A stretch of DNA of 64,000 nt. It comes from Terriglobia bacterium (GTDB lineage Bacteria; Acidobacteriota; Terriglobia; JAJPHL01; JAPKYU01). The notes under the pieces were generated by a model. It was given only the letters and a program-made list of their open reading frames with translations, searched no databases and was not told the DNA's origin. This document shows positions 33,132 to 43,025 of the stretch, piece by piece. The stretch is from contig CBDCVK010000010.1 of NCBI GenBank assembly GCA_965223005.1, positions 480,001 to 544,000 on the forward strand, read 5' to 3'. The translations under genes and the position numbers were made by a program. The number at the start of each line of letters is the position of its first letter. Within the stretch, counting starts at the first letter, position 1.

Positions 33132-34760
33132 GTGAAGATCCTGACTGCTGCACAAATGCGGGAAGTGGACCGCGTCACCATCCAGGAGCTGGGGGTGCCG
33201 GGCGTGCTGCTGATGGAGAACGCCGGCATCAGCGTGGTCCGCGTGTTGGAAGAGCGCTTTCGCCCGTTGGCCCGGCATCGTATCGCCATCCTGTGCGGCA
33301 AAGGCAACAACGGCGGCGACGGCTTCGTGGTGGCACGGCAGCTGTGGATGCGCGGCCTGCGGCCCCGGGTGCTGCTGCTGGCCAATCCAGACAGCATTCG
33401 AGGCGACGCGCGCATCAACTACGACATCATGCTCAAGACAGGCTGCCTGCCCGGTCTGGTGCGCGACCGGAACGACTGGCTGGCCGTGAAGGCTGACCTG
33501 CGCGGGTCCACTCTTCTGGTGGATGCGCTGCTGGGCACCGGCTTGTCGGGGCCGGTCGAAGGCTTTCTGGCTGACGTCCTGAGCGACCTGAACACCGGCT
33601 TTGCCGACGTTCCTCTGGTTGCGGTGGACATCCCATCCGGGCTGCCGAGCGACAGCGGCAGGCCCCTGGGAGAATCGCTCCGGGCCGACATCACCGTCAC
33701 CTTTACGGCACCCAAAGTTGCCCAGATCTTTCCGCCCAACTGCGAGCGCATTGGGGAGCTGGTGGTCTGTCCCATCGGGACACCGCCCGAAGTCTACGAA
33801 CGACGCGCTGAGGTGTGCCTGAATCTGATCACTCCAGCGGAACTGGCACCCTTTGCTGGCCCGCGGGCGCGCGCCGCGCATAAGGGTAACTTCGGTCACG
33901 TACTGGTGGTGTCCGGGGGGCGCGGCAAGACTGGCGCGGCAGCTATGACCGGGGAGTCGGCGCTGAAGATCGGCGCCGGTCTGGTCACTGTGGCGACGGC
34001 GGAAAGCGCGCTGTCGGTGGTGGCGGGCTTCGTGCCGGAGCTGATGACCGAGCCGCTGGCCGAAACCGAAGTGGGCAGCATCTCGGGGAGCGCCCTGGAC
34101 TACGGGCGGTTCCAGCAGGTTCTGGAGAACAAGGACGTGCTCGCCATGGGCCCCGGTCTGTCCACTCATCCTGATACGCTGGGCTTTGTGCGCCGAGTGG
34201 TTCGCGACTTCGCCATCCCTGCCGTGCTCGATGCCGATGCCCTGAATGCCTTCGCCGGGGATCGGGAGCTGCTCCGGGACCGGAGCTCCCCGCTGGTGCT
34301 CACCCCGCATCCCGGTGAGATGGCGCGCCTGATGGAAATTTCCACCGCTGAGGTCCAAGGCAATCGGGTGGAGGTGGCGCGCCGGCTGGCCACAGAGCTC
34401 GGTGTCTTCGTCGTCCTGAAAGGCTTTCGCACCCTGGTGGCTGCTCCCGAAGGTCAGGTTTACGTCAATCCCACCGGGAACCCGGGCATGGCCAGCGGAG
34501 GAACCGGCGATGTGCTGACCGGTTTCATCGCAGGACTGATGGCTCAGTATGCCCACGAGCCTTTGGCCGCCGTGCTGTGCGCCGCCGTCTACGTGCACGG
34601 CCTGGCGGGAGATCTGGCGCTGCCTAAGACCGGCGAGAAGGCATTGGTCGCCACCGATCTGATCCGTTCCCTGCCGCAGGTCTGGGAGGAGCTTGGTGCA
34701 GGCTCGCCCGCTTCCGGCATAGGCGATGCGATGCAGAACAGCGAGCCTCCGCGCTGCTAA
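33132..34760 (+). CDS. nnr: Bifunctional NAD(P)HX epimerase/dehydratase
   Basis: LMENAG, GKGNNGGDG, DALLGTG, HKGNFG, LTPHPGE and GGTGDVL motifs. Confidence 0.95.
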   Translation: MKILTAAQMREVDRVTIQELGVPGVLLMENAGISVVRVLEERFRPLARHRIAILCGKGNNGGDGFVVARQLWMRGLRPRVLLLANPDSIRGDARINYDIMLKTGCLPGLVRDRNDWLAVKADLRGSTLLVDALLGTGLSGPVEGFLADVLSDLNTGFADVPLVAVDIPSGLPSDSGRPLGESLRADITVTFTAPKVAQIFPPNCERIGELVVCPIGTPPEVYERRAEVCLNLITPAELAPFAGPRARAAHKGNFGHVLVVSGGRGKTGAAAMTGESALKIGAGLVTVATAESALSVVAGFVPELMTEPLAETEVGSISGSALDYGRFQQVLENKDVLAMGPGLSTHPDTLGFVRRVVRDFAIPAVLDADALNAFAGDRELLRDRSSPLVLTPHPGEMARLMEISTAEVQGNRVEVARRLATELGVFVVLKGFRTLVAAPEGQVYVNPTGNPGMASGGTGDVLTGFIAGLMAQYAHEPLAAVLCAAVYVHGLAGDLALPKTGEKALVATDLIRSLPQVWEELGAGSPASGIGDAMQNSEPPRC

Positions 34761-34766
34761 GACACC

Positions 34767-35219
34767 GTGGGGGAGCAACGCAGGCGCGAGTACATTACCG
34801 AATCGCACGAACAGACGGTGGAACTGGGCCGGGAACTGGCCCAGCAGATGCGCCCGCCGCTGCTCACGCTTCTGGTGGGCAACCTGGGGAGTGGAAAAAC
34901 CACCCTGGCCAAGGGCATCGTCAGCAGCTTGGGCAGCGCCCCGGAAGAGGATGTGACCAGCCCTTCATTCACGCTGATCCACGAATACGGGCGCGGAAGT
35001 TCAAGAGTGTTCCACGTGGATCTGTACCGGCTGGAAAGCCCGCGCGAAATTGACACGCTCGGCCTGGAAGACCTGTTCGACGAGGCCGAGCCGGCCGTCG
35101 TGCTGGTGGAGTGGGGCGAAAAATTGCGTCAGCTGTTGCCGGGGCGGCGCTGGGAGATTCACCTGTCCGATCTGGGCGAGGACCGCCGTAAAATAGTGGT
35201 GGAGGAATGGAATGGTTGA
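34767..35219 (+). CDS. tsaE: t6A biosynthesis ATPase TsaE
   Basis: GNLGSGKTT, SPSFTL, HVDLYRL and VEW motifs. Confidence 0.95.
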   Translation: MGEQRRREYITESHEQTVELGRELAQQMRPPLLTLLVGNLGSGKTTLAKGIVSSLGSAPEEDVTSPSFTLIHEYGRGSSRVFHVDLYRLESPREIDTLGLEDLFDEAEPAVVLVEWGEKLRQLLPGRRWEIHLSDLGEDRRKIVVEEWNG

Positions 35220-36015
35220 AAACAACAAGCGGCTGTGGGCGCTGATCTTGGGCGCCTCCAGCGGCTTCGGCGAGGCCAATGCGCGCGAACTGGCGCGGCT
35301 GGGCTACAACATCCTAGGCGTGCACCTGGACCGTCGGGCCACACTCCCGCACGTGGAGGAGATCATTGCGGCCATCCGCGCCGAGGGCTCCGAGCCGGTT
35401 TTTTTCAATGTTAACGCCGCCGACGCCGAAAAGCGAAAGCAGGTGATCACGCAGATCCGGGCCCGGCTGGACGGCAGCCAAGGCCCGCCAGGGACCGTCC
35501 GGGTTCTGCTGCACTCGCTGGCGTTCGGCACGCTGAAGCCGTTCGTCAATATAGAAAACCCAGTAGTGCGGGACCAAATCGAGATGACCGTGGATGTGAT
35601 GGCACATAGCCTGGTCTACTGGGTCCAGGACCTGCTGGCCTGCCACCTGCTAGAGCGCGGAGCCCGCGTTTTCGCCATGACCAGTTCCGGCGGCACGCGC
35701 GTGTTGCCCACCTACGGCCCGGTTTCGGCCGCCAAGGCGGCTCTGGAATCCCACATCCGGCAACTGGCCATGGAACTTGCCCCGCTGGGCATTACCGCCA
35801 ACGCCATCCGCGCCGGTGTCACCGACACCCCGGCTCTGCGAAAGATCCCGGGACACGAAAAGCTGATTGAGTTTGCGCGCCAGCGCAACCCGCACGGTCG
35901 CCTGACCACTCCACAGGACGTAGCGGCCGCCATTGGGATGCTTGCCCGACCGGAAACTTACTGGATCACGGGCAACGTCATCGGTGCGGATGGTGGCGAA
36001 GACGTTGTTGGCTAG
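35212..36015 (+). CDS. SDR oxidoreductase, FabL-like enoyl-ACP reductase
   Basis: GASSGFG, YxxxxxxK (YGPVSAAK) and TDTPAL motifs. Confidence 0.8.
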   Translation: MVENNKRLWALILGASSGFGEANARELARLGYNILGVHLDRRATLPHVEEIIAAIRAEGSEPVFFNVNAADAEKRKQVITQIRARLDGSQGPPGTVRVLLHSLAFGTLKPFVNIENPVVRDQIEMTVDVMAHSLVYWVQDLLACHLLERGARVFAMTSSGGTRVLPTYGPVSAAKAALESHIRQLAMELAPLGITANAIRAGVTDTPALRKIPGHEKLIEFARQRNPHGRLTTPQDVAAAIGMLARPETYWITGNVIGADGGEDVVG

Positions 36016-36046
36016 CAAACAGCCGGTCGCGGCAAGCCGCGTGGAC

Positions 36047-36265
36047 TTAGTCGCCAAAGAGAACCTTCATCGTCACGTAGAATTGTAGCAAGAACAGGGC
36101 CAGCAGCAGCGCCGCGGCCCCGCGCCGGAGCAGGCGGTGGGTGAAAGACAGTTCGATCGGTTCTTCCGAGGCTGGCAGAGGGAGGTGCGCGTCACAGAAT
36201 TCGGCCCCTTCTATAGGGGGCATGGAGCAGTTTCTTCCTCGGGAATCAATGTGGAGGCAGCGCAT
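36047..36265 (-). CDS. Small membrane protein with C-x8-C-x9-C-x2-H motif
   Basis: MRCLHIDSRGRNC..FCDAH followed by a C-terminal TM. Confidence 0.6.
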   Translation of the reverse strand: MRCLHIDSRGRNCSMPPIEGAEFCDAHLPLPASEEPIELSFTHRLLRRGAAALLLALFLLQFYVTMKVLFGD

Positions 36266-36307
36266 CGTCTACAAACAGTTGCTCATTCAAAGTGTGCTTT
36301 AGTTTAT

Positions 36308-36323
36308 CGCAACCCGCCTGCCG
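36308..36323 (-). promoter_or_regulatory. Possible sigma54 promoter
   Basis: Minus strand CGGCAG-N5-TTGCG (GG-N10-GC) about 45 nt upstream of the 36265 start. Confidence 0.4.
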
Positions 36324-36643
36324 AGTGCGGAATGTGCCGCAACCAAGGTTGCGACAAACCAGGCTCGCAACAAAAATGCCCACCTTCCGGTGAGCATTTT
36401 GTGTCCCCTTTTCCTGGGGACCATTAGGGAGAAAAGCCCCGACGAATGCGCAGCCGCCAAAACTTTTCAGGGCCAGTGTATTCCGCGGGTAGGGGGCTGT
36501 CAAGGGAAAACTCCTGCAAATCGTAATCCAATAAGTCTTTTGGATTCAAAAGATTACAGGGAAAAGCCCTTTCTCCTCCGCTTGCCTTCCGAAACCGGCG
36601 ACTCGGCCCGAGAAACCCTATTTCGGAACTAAACAGTGTTTTT

Positions 36644-37837
36644 TCAATGGCTTATGTTGAGGCGAATGATCTCCGTCTCCTCCAACCGGTCGAAGAACCG
36701 CCCAGGGTAGCGCTGCTTCAGCAGCACCCGCAGAAAACCGAATCCCAATCCGGCAATGAGCGCGAACGCAAGCAGCGCTCCGATCAGCGCAATGATGTTT
36801 AAGATCAACTGCGCGAAATCGGATGCGGTCACTTCTTCCACCGGCTCGTTCCACACGACATCGGCGGTGTAGGAGATGCGGTTCAGAAGCTGATCGGCTT
36901 GGCTCTTTTCCGTGGCGCCGAGAACAAATCCCACCAGCGGGCCAACTCGACGAGCGTATAACTGCTGAGCGACCGAGTCGCTACCTCCGGCAGGTAAATC
37001 TTGCCAGGCTTTCATCTTGCTTGCCGCCAGTTGTGCTATGGGATAGCTGAGCAACAGCAAGGTCAACGGTGGCTTTCCCGGAAATTGGTAAAGGGCCAGG
37101 TTGGCTTCGGCGCCCATCTCGAAGTCCACCAGTTCCGACGGTATCTCGGGCGCTAAACGAGCAAGGGCCACTGGCCCCAGGATGTATTTGCGGCTCTCGG
37201 GGAGAACACCACGCTCGGGAAGATACAGTCGCAGGGTCGGCAGCGGACCTCCGCCCAAGGTCTCAAGTCCAGCAGCCAATTCGCGGAGCTCGGCGACGCT
37301 GAGCCGGGCGTTGGACGAGCGCCCCTGCAAAGACGCACGGACCAGCACTTCCTCCTTCCGCAGCAAGAAATCAGTTCTGCGCCAGGCAAGCTGCTCCGTG
37401 CCGGTTTCCCGGGTGGTCCAGTCTTGCCCGCGATATAAGGTGAACAGCCCATAGCTGCCCGAGGCGTTTTTCAGGCGTACGGCTTCCACGCTCAGGGTCT
37501 GGCTCTCTTTGGTGAACTGCCGCCGCTCAGCTCCAACGTACCCGTATTCCACCAGGATGGGCGCTTCGTCTCCAGCCAGCGTGGCCGCGCTGTAGCGCCC
37601 AAAGGTCTGTGCAGCCGTGCCCACCCATCCGGCGAAGGTGTCTGGGAGGATGGTGCCGCGCTTCGGGCCAGTCGTGGGAGTGGAACTCGCAGGCGGCCGG
37701 CTGGCCGTCTTCGCCGCGGCAGGCGGATCGGCGGGAAGCTCCTTCAGCGCCCGCCGGCCTTCTTCGGGTGAAACCAGCGTGACCTGGCCGAAGACTGTGC
37801 TGGAGAAAAGGAAAAGCAGGACATGCCAGGACTTCAT
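36644..37837 (-). CDS. Exported hypothetical protein with C-terminal TM (DUF6599-like)
   Basis: Signal peptide; YGLFTLYR, LPTLRLYLP, KYILGP and VDFEMGAE segments. Confidence 0.65.
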   Translation of the reverse strand: MKSWHVLLFLFSSTVFGQVTLVSPEEGRRALKELPADPPAAAKTASRPPASSTPTTGPKRGTILPDTFAGWVGTAAQTFGRYSAATLAGDEAPILVEYGYVGAERRQFTKESQTLSVEAVRLKNASGSYGLFTLYRGQDWTTRETGTEQLAWRRTDFLLRKEEVLVRASLQGRSSNARLSVAELRELAAGLETLGGGPLPTLRLYLPERGVLPESRKYILGPVALARLAPEIPSELVDFEMGAEANLALYQFPGKPPLTLLLLSYPIAQLAASKMKAWQDLPAGGSDSVAQQLYARRVGPLVGFVLGATEKSQADQLLNRISYTADVVWNEPVEEVTASDFAQLILNIIALIGALLAFALIAGLGFGFLRVLLKQRYPGRFFDRLEETEIIRLNISH

Positions 37838-38115
37838 GACGGCCTGAGCTTGATCATAGCGCACCTTGCTCACGCTCGGATAGCTTAAGTGGACTCCTCC
37901 GGAATTCAGGGCTAGCCGACCATACTCCCGCGGTGGGTCGTCCCCGATCATCGCGCCGATGGCTGGTCACCTCGGGCGAACCCGCAAGGGCTCGCAGGCG
38001 GATGGGAAAGACTCTCGGCGCACGGTTGCCCCCGCCCTCTGCGAATTTTGGCCATCAACGCTCTGTTTCCGTTGTATATCTACTTGTCTATCTGGTTGTC
38101 TATCTGGCGGTTCGC

Positions 38116-39483
38116 ATGCTGGCTAACCGGTTGTTGGTAGTTGGAGGACAAGCTGCAGGACTGAGTGCGGCCAGCCGGGCGCGCCGGCTGGACTCGCGGC
38201 TGCATATCACCGTCTTGGAACAAGGGCACCATATCTCCTACAGCGCCTGTGGCTTGGCCTATTTACTCAGCGGGCAGGTGCCGCGAGCCGAGGATCTGCT
38301 GGTGTACTCGGCCGAATTTTTTCGGGAGCAGCGCAACATCGAGGTGCTGGTTGGCATGCGGGTGGTTGAGATCGAGCCGGGACGGCGGAGGGTACGCGCC
38401 CTGGCCGTCGAGACCGGGCAAGAACACCTGTTCCCTTACGACCGGTTGGTTCTGGCCACGGGCACCCGGCCAGACTGGCCCGCCATCCCCGGCATGGATT
38501 CACCCGGCGTCTTCCAAGGGAACAACCTGGCAGGGACGCTGGCCTTACAGGCCTTCCTGGAAACCGGCCAGCGGCCTCGTCGGGCCGTCGTCCTGGGCGG
38601 TGGCTATATTGGGCTGGAGTACGCCGAGGCGTTGCGCCAGCGAGGTCTGCACGTTGTGGTGCTCCACTGCGGCAGCGAGCTATTGGAGGGATTCGATCCG
38701 GAAATCAACGAGCTGGTGGAACAGAGGCTACTGCAACACGGCGTGGAAGTGTTTAAGGGCACTCCGGCTACCGCGATCCTGGGGCAGGGGCGCGTGCAGC
38801 GGGTGCTCTCTGCCGCCGGGCGGCACGAGGCGGACCTGGCGTTAGTGGCCACCGGCGTTGTGCCACGCTCCGAGGTGGCCATAGCCGCCGGCCTATCCAC
38901 CGGGGTGAGGGGTGCAATCGTCGTGGATGAGCGGATGCAAACCAGCCTGCCCGGCGTCTATGCCGCCGGCGATTGTGCTCATACGATTCACCTGGTAACC
39001 GGGCGTCCTGTCTACATCCCGCTGGGCACGACCGCAAACAAACAGGGCCGCGTCGCGGGCGAGAATGCCGCCGGTGGCAACGCGCGCTTTGCAGGCATCG
39101 TAGGCACCACTGTCACCCGGGTGTTCGAATTGGAGTGCGGCCGCACTGGTTTGTCGGAATCCGAAGCGCGCGCCGGAGGCTTCCGCGTGGTCACCGCGGT
39201 CATCGAGCACGGGAGCCGCGCTCACTACTTTGGAGCCAAGCAGATGCGGGTGAAGCTGCTGGCCGACCGCGCCAATGGACGCCTCCTAGGGGGGCAGCTG
39301 CTGGGCGAGGAAGGGGTGGCCAAGCGGGTCGACGTGGTGGCCACGGCCCTGCATGCGCGTATGAATATTGAGCAACTGGCTGGCCTGGACTTGAGTTATG
39401 CGCCGCCTTTCGCCCCGGTTTGGGACCCGCTCCTGACTGCCGCAAATGCTCTGGGCCGGAAACTTCGTGACGGACGTGGCTGA
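38116..39483 (+). CDS. CoA-disulfide reductase / NADH oxidase family flavoprotein
   Basis: GGQAAG, SYSACGL (redox Cys), GGGYIG, YAAGDC and LDLSYAPPF motifs. Confidence 0.9.
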   Translation: MLANRLLVVGGQAAGLSAASRARRLDSRLHITVLEQGHHISYSACGLAYLLSGQVPRAEDLLVYSAEFFREQRNIEVLVGMRVVEIEPGRRRVRALAVETGQEHLFPYDRLVLATGTRPDWPAIPGMDSPGVFQGNNLAGTLALQAFLETGQRPRRAVVLGGGYIGLEYAEALRQRGLHVVVLHCGSELLEGFDPEINELVEQRLLQHGVEVFKGTPATAILGQGRVQRVLSAAGRHEADLALVATGVVPRSEVAIAAGLSTGVRGAIVVDERMQTSLPGVYAAGDCAHTIHLVTGRPVYIPLGTTANKQGRVAGENAAGGNARFAGIVGTTVTRVFELECGRTGLSESEARAGGFRVVTAVIEHGSRAHYFGAKQMRVKLLADRANGRLLGGQLLGEEGVAKRVDVVATALHARMNIEQLAGLDLSYAPPFAPVWDPLLTAANALGRKLRDGRG

Positions 39484-39588
39484 CAGTGGCCTGCGTGGCT
39501 GGCAGTGGCCAGCTAGGATAAGCGCCGGCGCAAGTTGACACTTCATGTTCGGCAGGTTATATCCACACTGATAGGGAGGAAGCGGCGT

Positions 39589-40104
39589 ATGAGTGCTTTG
39601 GAGGCAGAGTCGCGGGCGGCGGACTTTCTTCTGCCGGGCCTGGACAACAAGACATATTCGTTGGCGGAATCGTTGAAAGAGGGGCCGGTGCTGGCCGCTT
39701 TCTTCAAGTCAAGCTGTCCGGTCTGCCAACTCACCTTTCCATTCCTGGAACGGTTTCAGCACCATTTCCGCGAAACCAAGGCGCACATCTGGGCTGTCAG
39801 CCAGGATGAGCCGGAGGAGGCGCTAACGTTCGCCACCGAATACGGGCTCAGCATGCCGGTGCTCCTGGAGAATGTAGAACACAACTATCCGGTATCAAAT
39901 GCCTACGGCCTGACTCACGTCCCTACAGTCTTCCTGATCGGTCAGGCCGGTGACATCCTGCAGACCTCGGTCGGTTTCGTACGCAAAGAGCTGGTCCAGA
40001 TGGGCCGTAGGCTGGAGATGCTCACCGGCAGAAAGGGTTTCGTGCCTTTCGGGGAACAGGACGAGGTCCCGGAATGGCAGTCCGGTTGAAGCTCCAAGAA
40101 CTAG
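39589..40104 (+). CDS. TlpA/peroxiredoxin-like thioredoxin-fold protein, predicted selenoprotein (UGA at 40087-40089)
   Basis: CPVC motif; C-terminus reads WQSG-TGA-SSKN-TAG; hairpin follows the UGA; tRNA-Sec lies about 300 bp away. Confidence 0.8.
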
Positions 40105-40411
40105 CCCCCGTCGGGGGTTCTAATCCCGGTCGACTTCCCGCAGCAGGTTTTTCTTGTGCTTGGGGGTCTTTCGTTTCCGCGTATCCGGAATGGGGCGGGA
40201 GGGAGGAGGCGTGCCCAGGCGCTCGCGCGCGATCGCCCGAACCTCTTTGCCAGAGCTGAACCGGCGGCGGCGCCTACCAGAACGAACCATCGGGTGATCC
40301 CAACCTGAACCAAGCGGTACGACAACTGTTTGCCCTTACCTGATCTTCGCGAGCCCTCGCCGAGGCTTACTCAATCGGCAATCAGCCTATCGGCAATGAC
40401 TCAATCAGAGA

Positions 40412-40506
40412 TGGCGGAAGGTTATGGGAATCGAACCCATCGCTGCTCGTGAGAAACAGCCACCGGCTTTGAAGGCCGGGCGAGTCACCAGACCCGATTA
40501 CCTTCC
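40412..40506 (-). tRNA. selC: tRNA-Sec (UCA)
   Basis: 95 nt: GGAAGGUA acceptor, 6-bp D stem with 4-nt loop, CUUCAAA anticodon loop, long variable arm, T loop UUCGAUU and GCCA end. Confidence 0.96.
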
Positions 40507-40550
40507 AGGCCCAGTATAGCTCGATATTCGAAGGCGGCAGGCGGCGGCCG

Positions 40551-43025
40551 TCAACGGGAGGCAGTCCGTTCCAGAGCCCGCTCGGTGTACCGATACACCA
40601 GGTGGTTGGTGCATACTTCGTAGTAGCGTCGCTGGGTGTACTCCTTCAAGCTGAAGGAGTGGGCATCCACAAAGGGAATCTGCGCTTCGCGCACCACCAG
40701 CCGCTGGAACACCTCGTTGGGCAAGGGGAAGGCACCACAGTGCAGCGTCACCTTTTCCGGCTGCCAGAGCAAGGGCATTTCCAGCTCGACCGGCTGGAGC
40801 GAAATCTCCTCTTGCAGTTTGTCAAACGCCTCCTCGCTCAGGCAAATCCCGGTGTTGTAGCGGACCAGGAACTCTTCCATGGCGCCTGCGGCGGCCTCTT
40901 CGGTGATGGTCTGGAACACGAACGCCCGGAAGAGCGACTGCTTGCTGTCCAGCGCGCGGCGGGCCAGCTTGCTGCACCCGCTGAGCCGGTCGGCCAGGTT
41001 GATGGCCGAGGAGATCATGATCCGGGTCTCGCCGTCCAGCAGGTACATGGGCGTCGAGTTCTGCCAGCAGATTCCGATGCCAATCTCCAGCCGCGGCAAG
41101 TCCGCCTTCTCGGCCCTCGCATTGTATTGCTCGACCACGGCCATGATCTCCCGCGCCAAGCCACAGGCTCGGGCCACGGGATAACCGCCCAGCGCCGCAC
41201 CTTGTTTCTCGAACATTGCCAGAATCACCGCGTCGCCCTCAATGAACACCTTCTCACCGGCGTACTTGGGCAGCAGCTTGTTCAGCGGTTCGTAAAAGTT
41301 CAGACTGAAGTGGCTGGCCGGATTCAGGCCGCGGGCGAACAGGTCGGCGGTGAGCCGGGTGGAGTCACGCACGTCGGCTTTCAGAATCACGTGGCCTAGT
41401 ATCTGTTCGCCCTGCGGCTTGTCCTCCGCCGGCAGCAGGAACTCGTACAGGGTGTTGTTGATTCGGGAAAGCTGCCGGGTTTTTTCCTCAAACAGCAGGT
41501 TGACCCGCTCCATCAGGCCTTGCAGGGCCTGTAGCAGGCAATTGTCGCGGTGGTGCCGCAGGAAATCGCGAACGAAGCGAACGAGAAAGGCGCGGAGGTC
41601 ACGTGGTTGATAGGTACGCACTCGAGCGGCGGCCTCTTCCAGAGTGGCTACGCTGGCCCGGGTCAGCTTGTAATGCGTGATCAGGTCGGCCACCTTCTTG
41701 AGTTCGGAAGGGTCCAGGAGGGCGCGTTTCAGTTGCTGCGGATGGATCGGCGGGCAGTAGTCCTGGTAGACGTTCGCCGTCTCGTAGGCGGCGGCGAAGC
41801 AGGGCAATAGCCCCAACTGCTGCGCTGCGTTATAAAATTCATCAACTAGCTGGCGCTGGATCTCTAGCCTTTCCTTCAGGGCGCTCAGTTCTTTCCGCGG
41901 TGCCTTTCGCGACTGCGCCTCAGCCAGCAGTTGCTCGGTGCGCACAGTACCGAGCAGCTGCTCCACATTTTCGGGGACGTTGAGCATCTCCGTCAGGTGC
42001 GCGTCATAGGCTTCCGTCGACAGCCGCAGTTGTTCGGCCGACTGCCTCAGTTGTCTCTCCGGCTCCTCTAGGCGCCCCGCAAGATCGGGAGAGGCCGGAG
42101 ACGGGGTCTCGGGGCGGGGACCGAAGAGGCGTCCCAATCCCAATCCCAGCCCGCGCTCGGGAGGCTGGAGCTGGTCGCGCAAAGATGAGGTCCGGCTGGC
42201 CAATTGGTGATGCTCCTGCTGACGGGTCTCCAGCTCACGCGCCTCCGGTCCGACTGCGTCCACCCCCTTGAGCATGGACTTCAGCCAGCGCTCCACGGAT
42301 TCGTACAGGTCCGGGTCGCGGTGGAAGTTGCCCAACATGACGTACTTGGTTAGCTGAATGTAATCGTCACGGCCGGTTTCGGTGAACACCAGCGGGTGAG
42401 AAAAGTAAGTGAACCAGGGACTGGCTTCGTCGCCGAAAAAGGATTCGCGCGTCTTGCGGACCACACCAGCCTGCACTTCGTTAGCCAGCGACAGTAATTC
42501 ATTCGAAACGCGTCGGAAGACGTTCTTCTTGTCGGCCTGAAACTCGCTGAAGATTTCCTTCAGTTGGAAGGCGCGCAAGTTCCGATCGTGGCGCGGCCCT
42601 TCATACATCCGCAGCTTGTTCTTGCCCTCCATCTGGATGCGGCCGTACTGTTGCTGCACTTCCCAGCTCAGGTACTTGAAGAGGGCGACGTTTCCCAATA
42701 GGTCGATGTCGGGGTTGCGCGCCTCCTTGGCGTGGCTGAGCGCACTGAGCAGTACCTCCTGCAACAGACGCTTGAATTCGTTGCGCTCCTGCGGCTTGGG
42801 CGGGCCCGGGTTCTGCTCCGCCAGTTCAGGCGCGCGGCTGTGCTTCATAAAGAGCTTGAGAATGTAGCCCCCGGTGAAGCCGATGAAGCGGGAGCTCAGG
42901 TGGACGTCGTGGCGGACGTTGTCCACGCCCGGCACTAGCGATGGAAAGCGCAGGTCCGGTGCGGACCCGACGAGGTGAACCGCTGCATATACGCGTTCCG
43001 GGCTGGAACGGGAGAACAGCGGCAT
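40551..43025 (-). CDS. Large protein with C-terminal class III nucleotide cyclase-like domain
   Basis: ILKADVRDST, FIEGDAVIL, IGIGI and AINLADRL motifs; helical/coiled-coil N-terminal region. Confidence 0.75.
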   Translation of the reverse strand: MPLFSRSSPERVYAAVHLVGSAPDLRFPSLVPGVDNVRHDVHLSSRFIGFTGGYILKLFMKHSRAPELAEQNPGPPKPQERNEFKRLLQEVLLSALSHAKEARNPDIDLLGNVALFKYLSWEVQQQYGRIQMEGKNKLRMYEGPRHDRNLRAFQLKEIFSEFQADKKNVFRRVSNELLSLANEVQAGVVRKTRESFFGDEASPWFTYFSHPLVFTETGRDDYIQLTKYVMLGNFHRDPDLYESVERWLKSMLKGVDAVGPEARELETRQQEHHQLASRTSSLRDQLQPPERGLGLGLGRLFGPRPETPSPASPDLAGRLEEPERQLRQSAEQLRLSTEAYDAHLTEMLNVPENVEQLLGTVRTEQLLAEAQSRKAPRKELSALKERLEIQRQLVDEFYNAAQQLGLLPCFAAAYETANVYQDYCPPIHPQQLKRALLDPSELKKVADLITHYKLTRASVATLEEAAARVRTYQPRDLRAFLVRFVRDFLRHHRDNCLLQALQGLMERVNLLFEEKTRQLSRINNTLYEFLLPAEDKPQGEQILGHVILKADVRDSTRLTADLFARGLNPASHFSLNFYEPLNKLLPKYAGEKVFIEGDAVILAMFEKQGAALGGYPVARACGLAREIMAVVEQYNARAEKADLPRLEIGIGICWQNSTPMYLLDGETRIMISSAINLADRLSGCSKLARRALDSKQSLFRAFVFQTITEEAAAGAMEEFLVRYNTGICLSEEAFDKLQEEISLQPVELEMPLLWQPEKVTLHCGAFPLPNEVFQRLVVREAQIPFVDAHSFSLKEYTQRRYYEVCTNHLVYRYTERALERTASR

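Noticed and set aside
32919-34808. Long antisense ORFs (e.g. 629 aa opposite nnr, 433 aa opposite a VWA gene, 407 and 426 aa opposite transposases)
   Set aside because: Shadow ORFs expected from high-GC codon bias, with no recognisable motifs.
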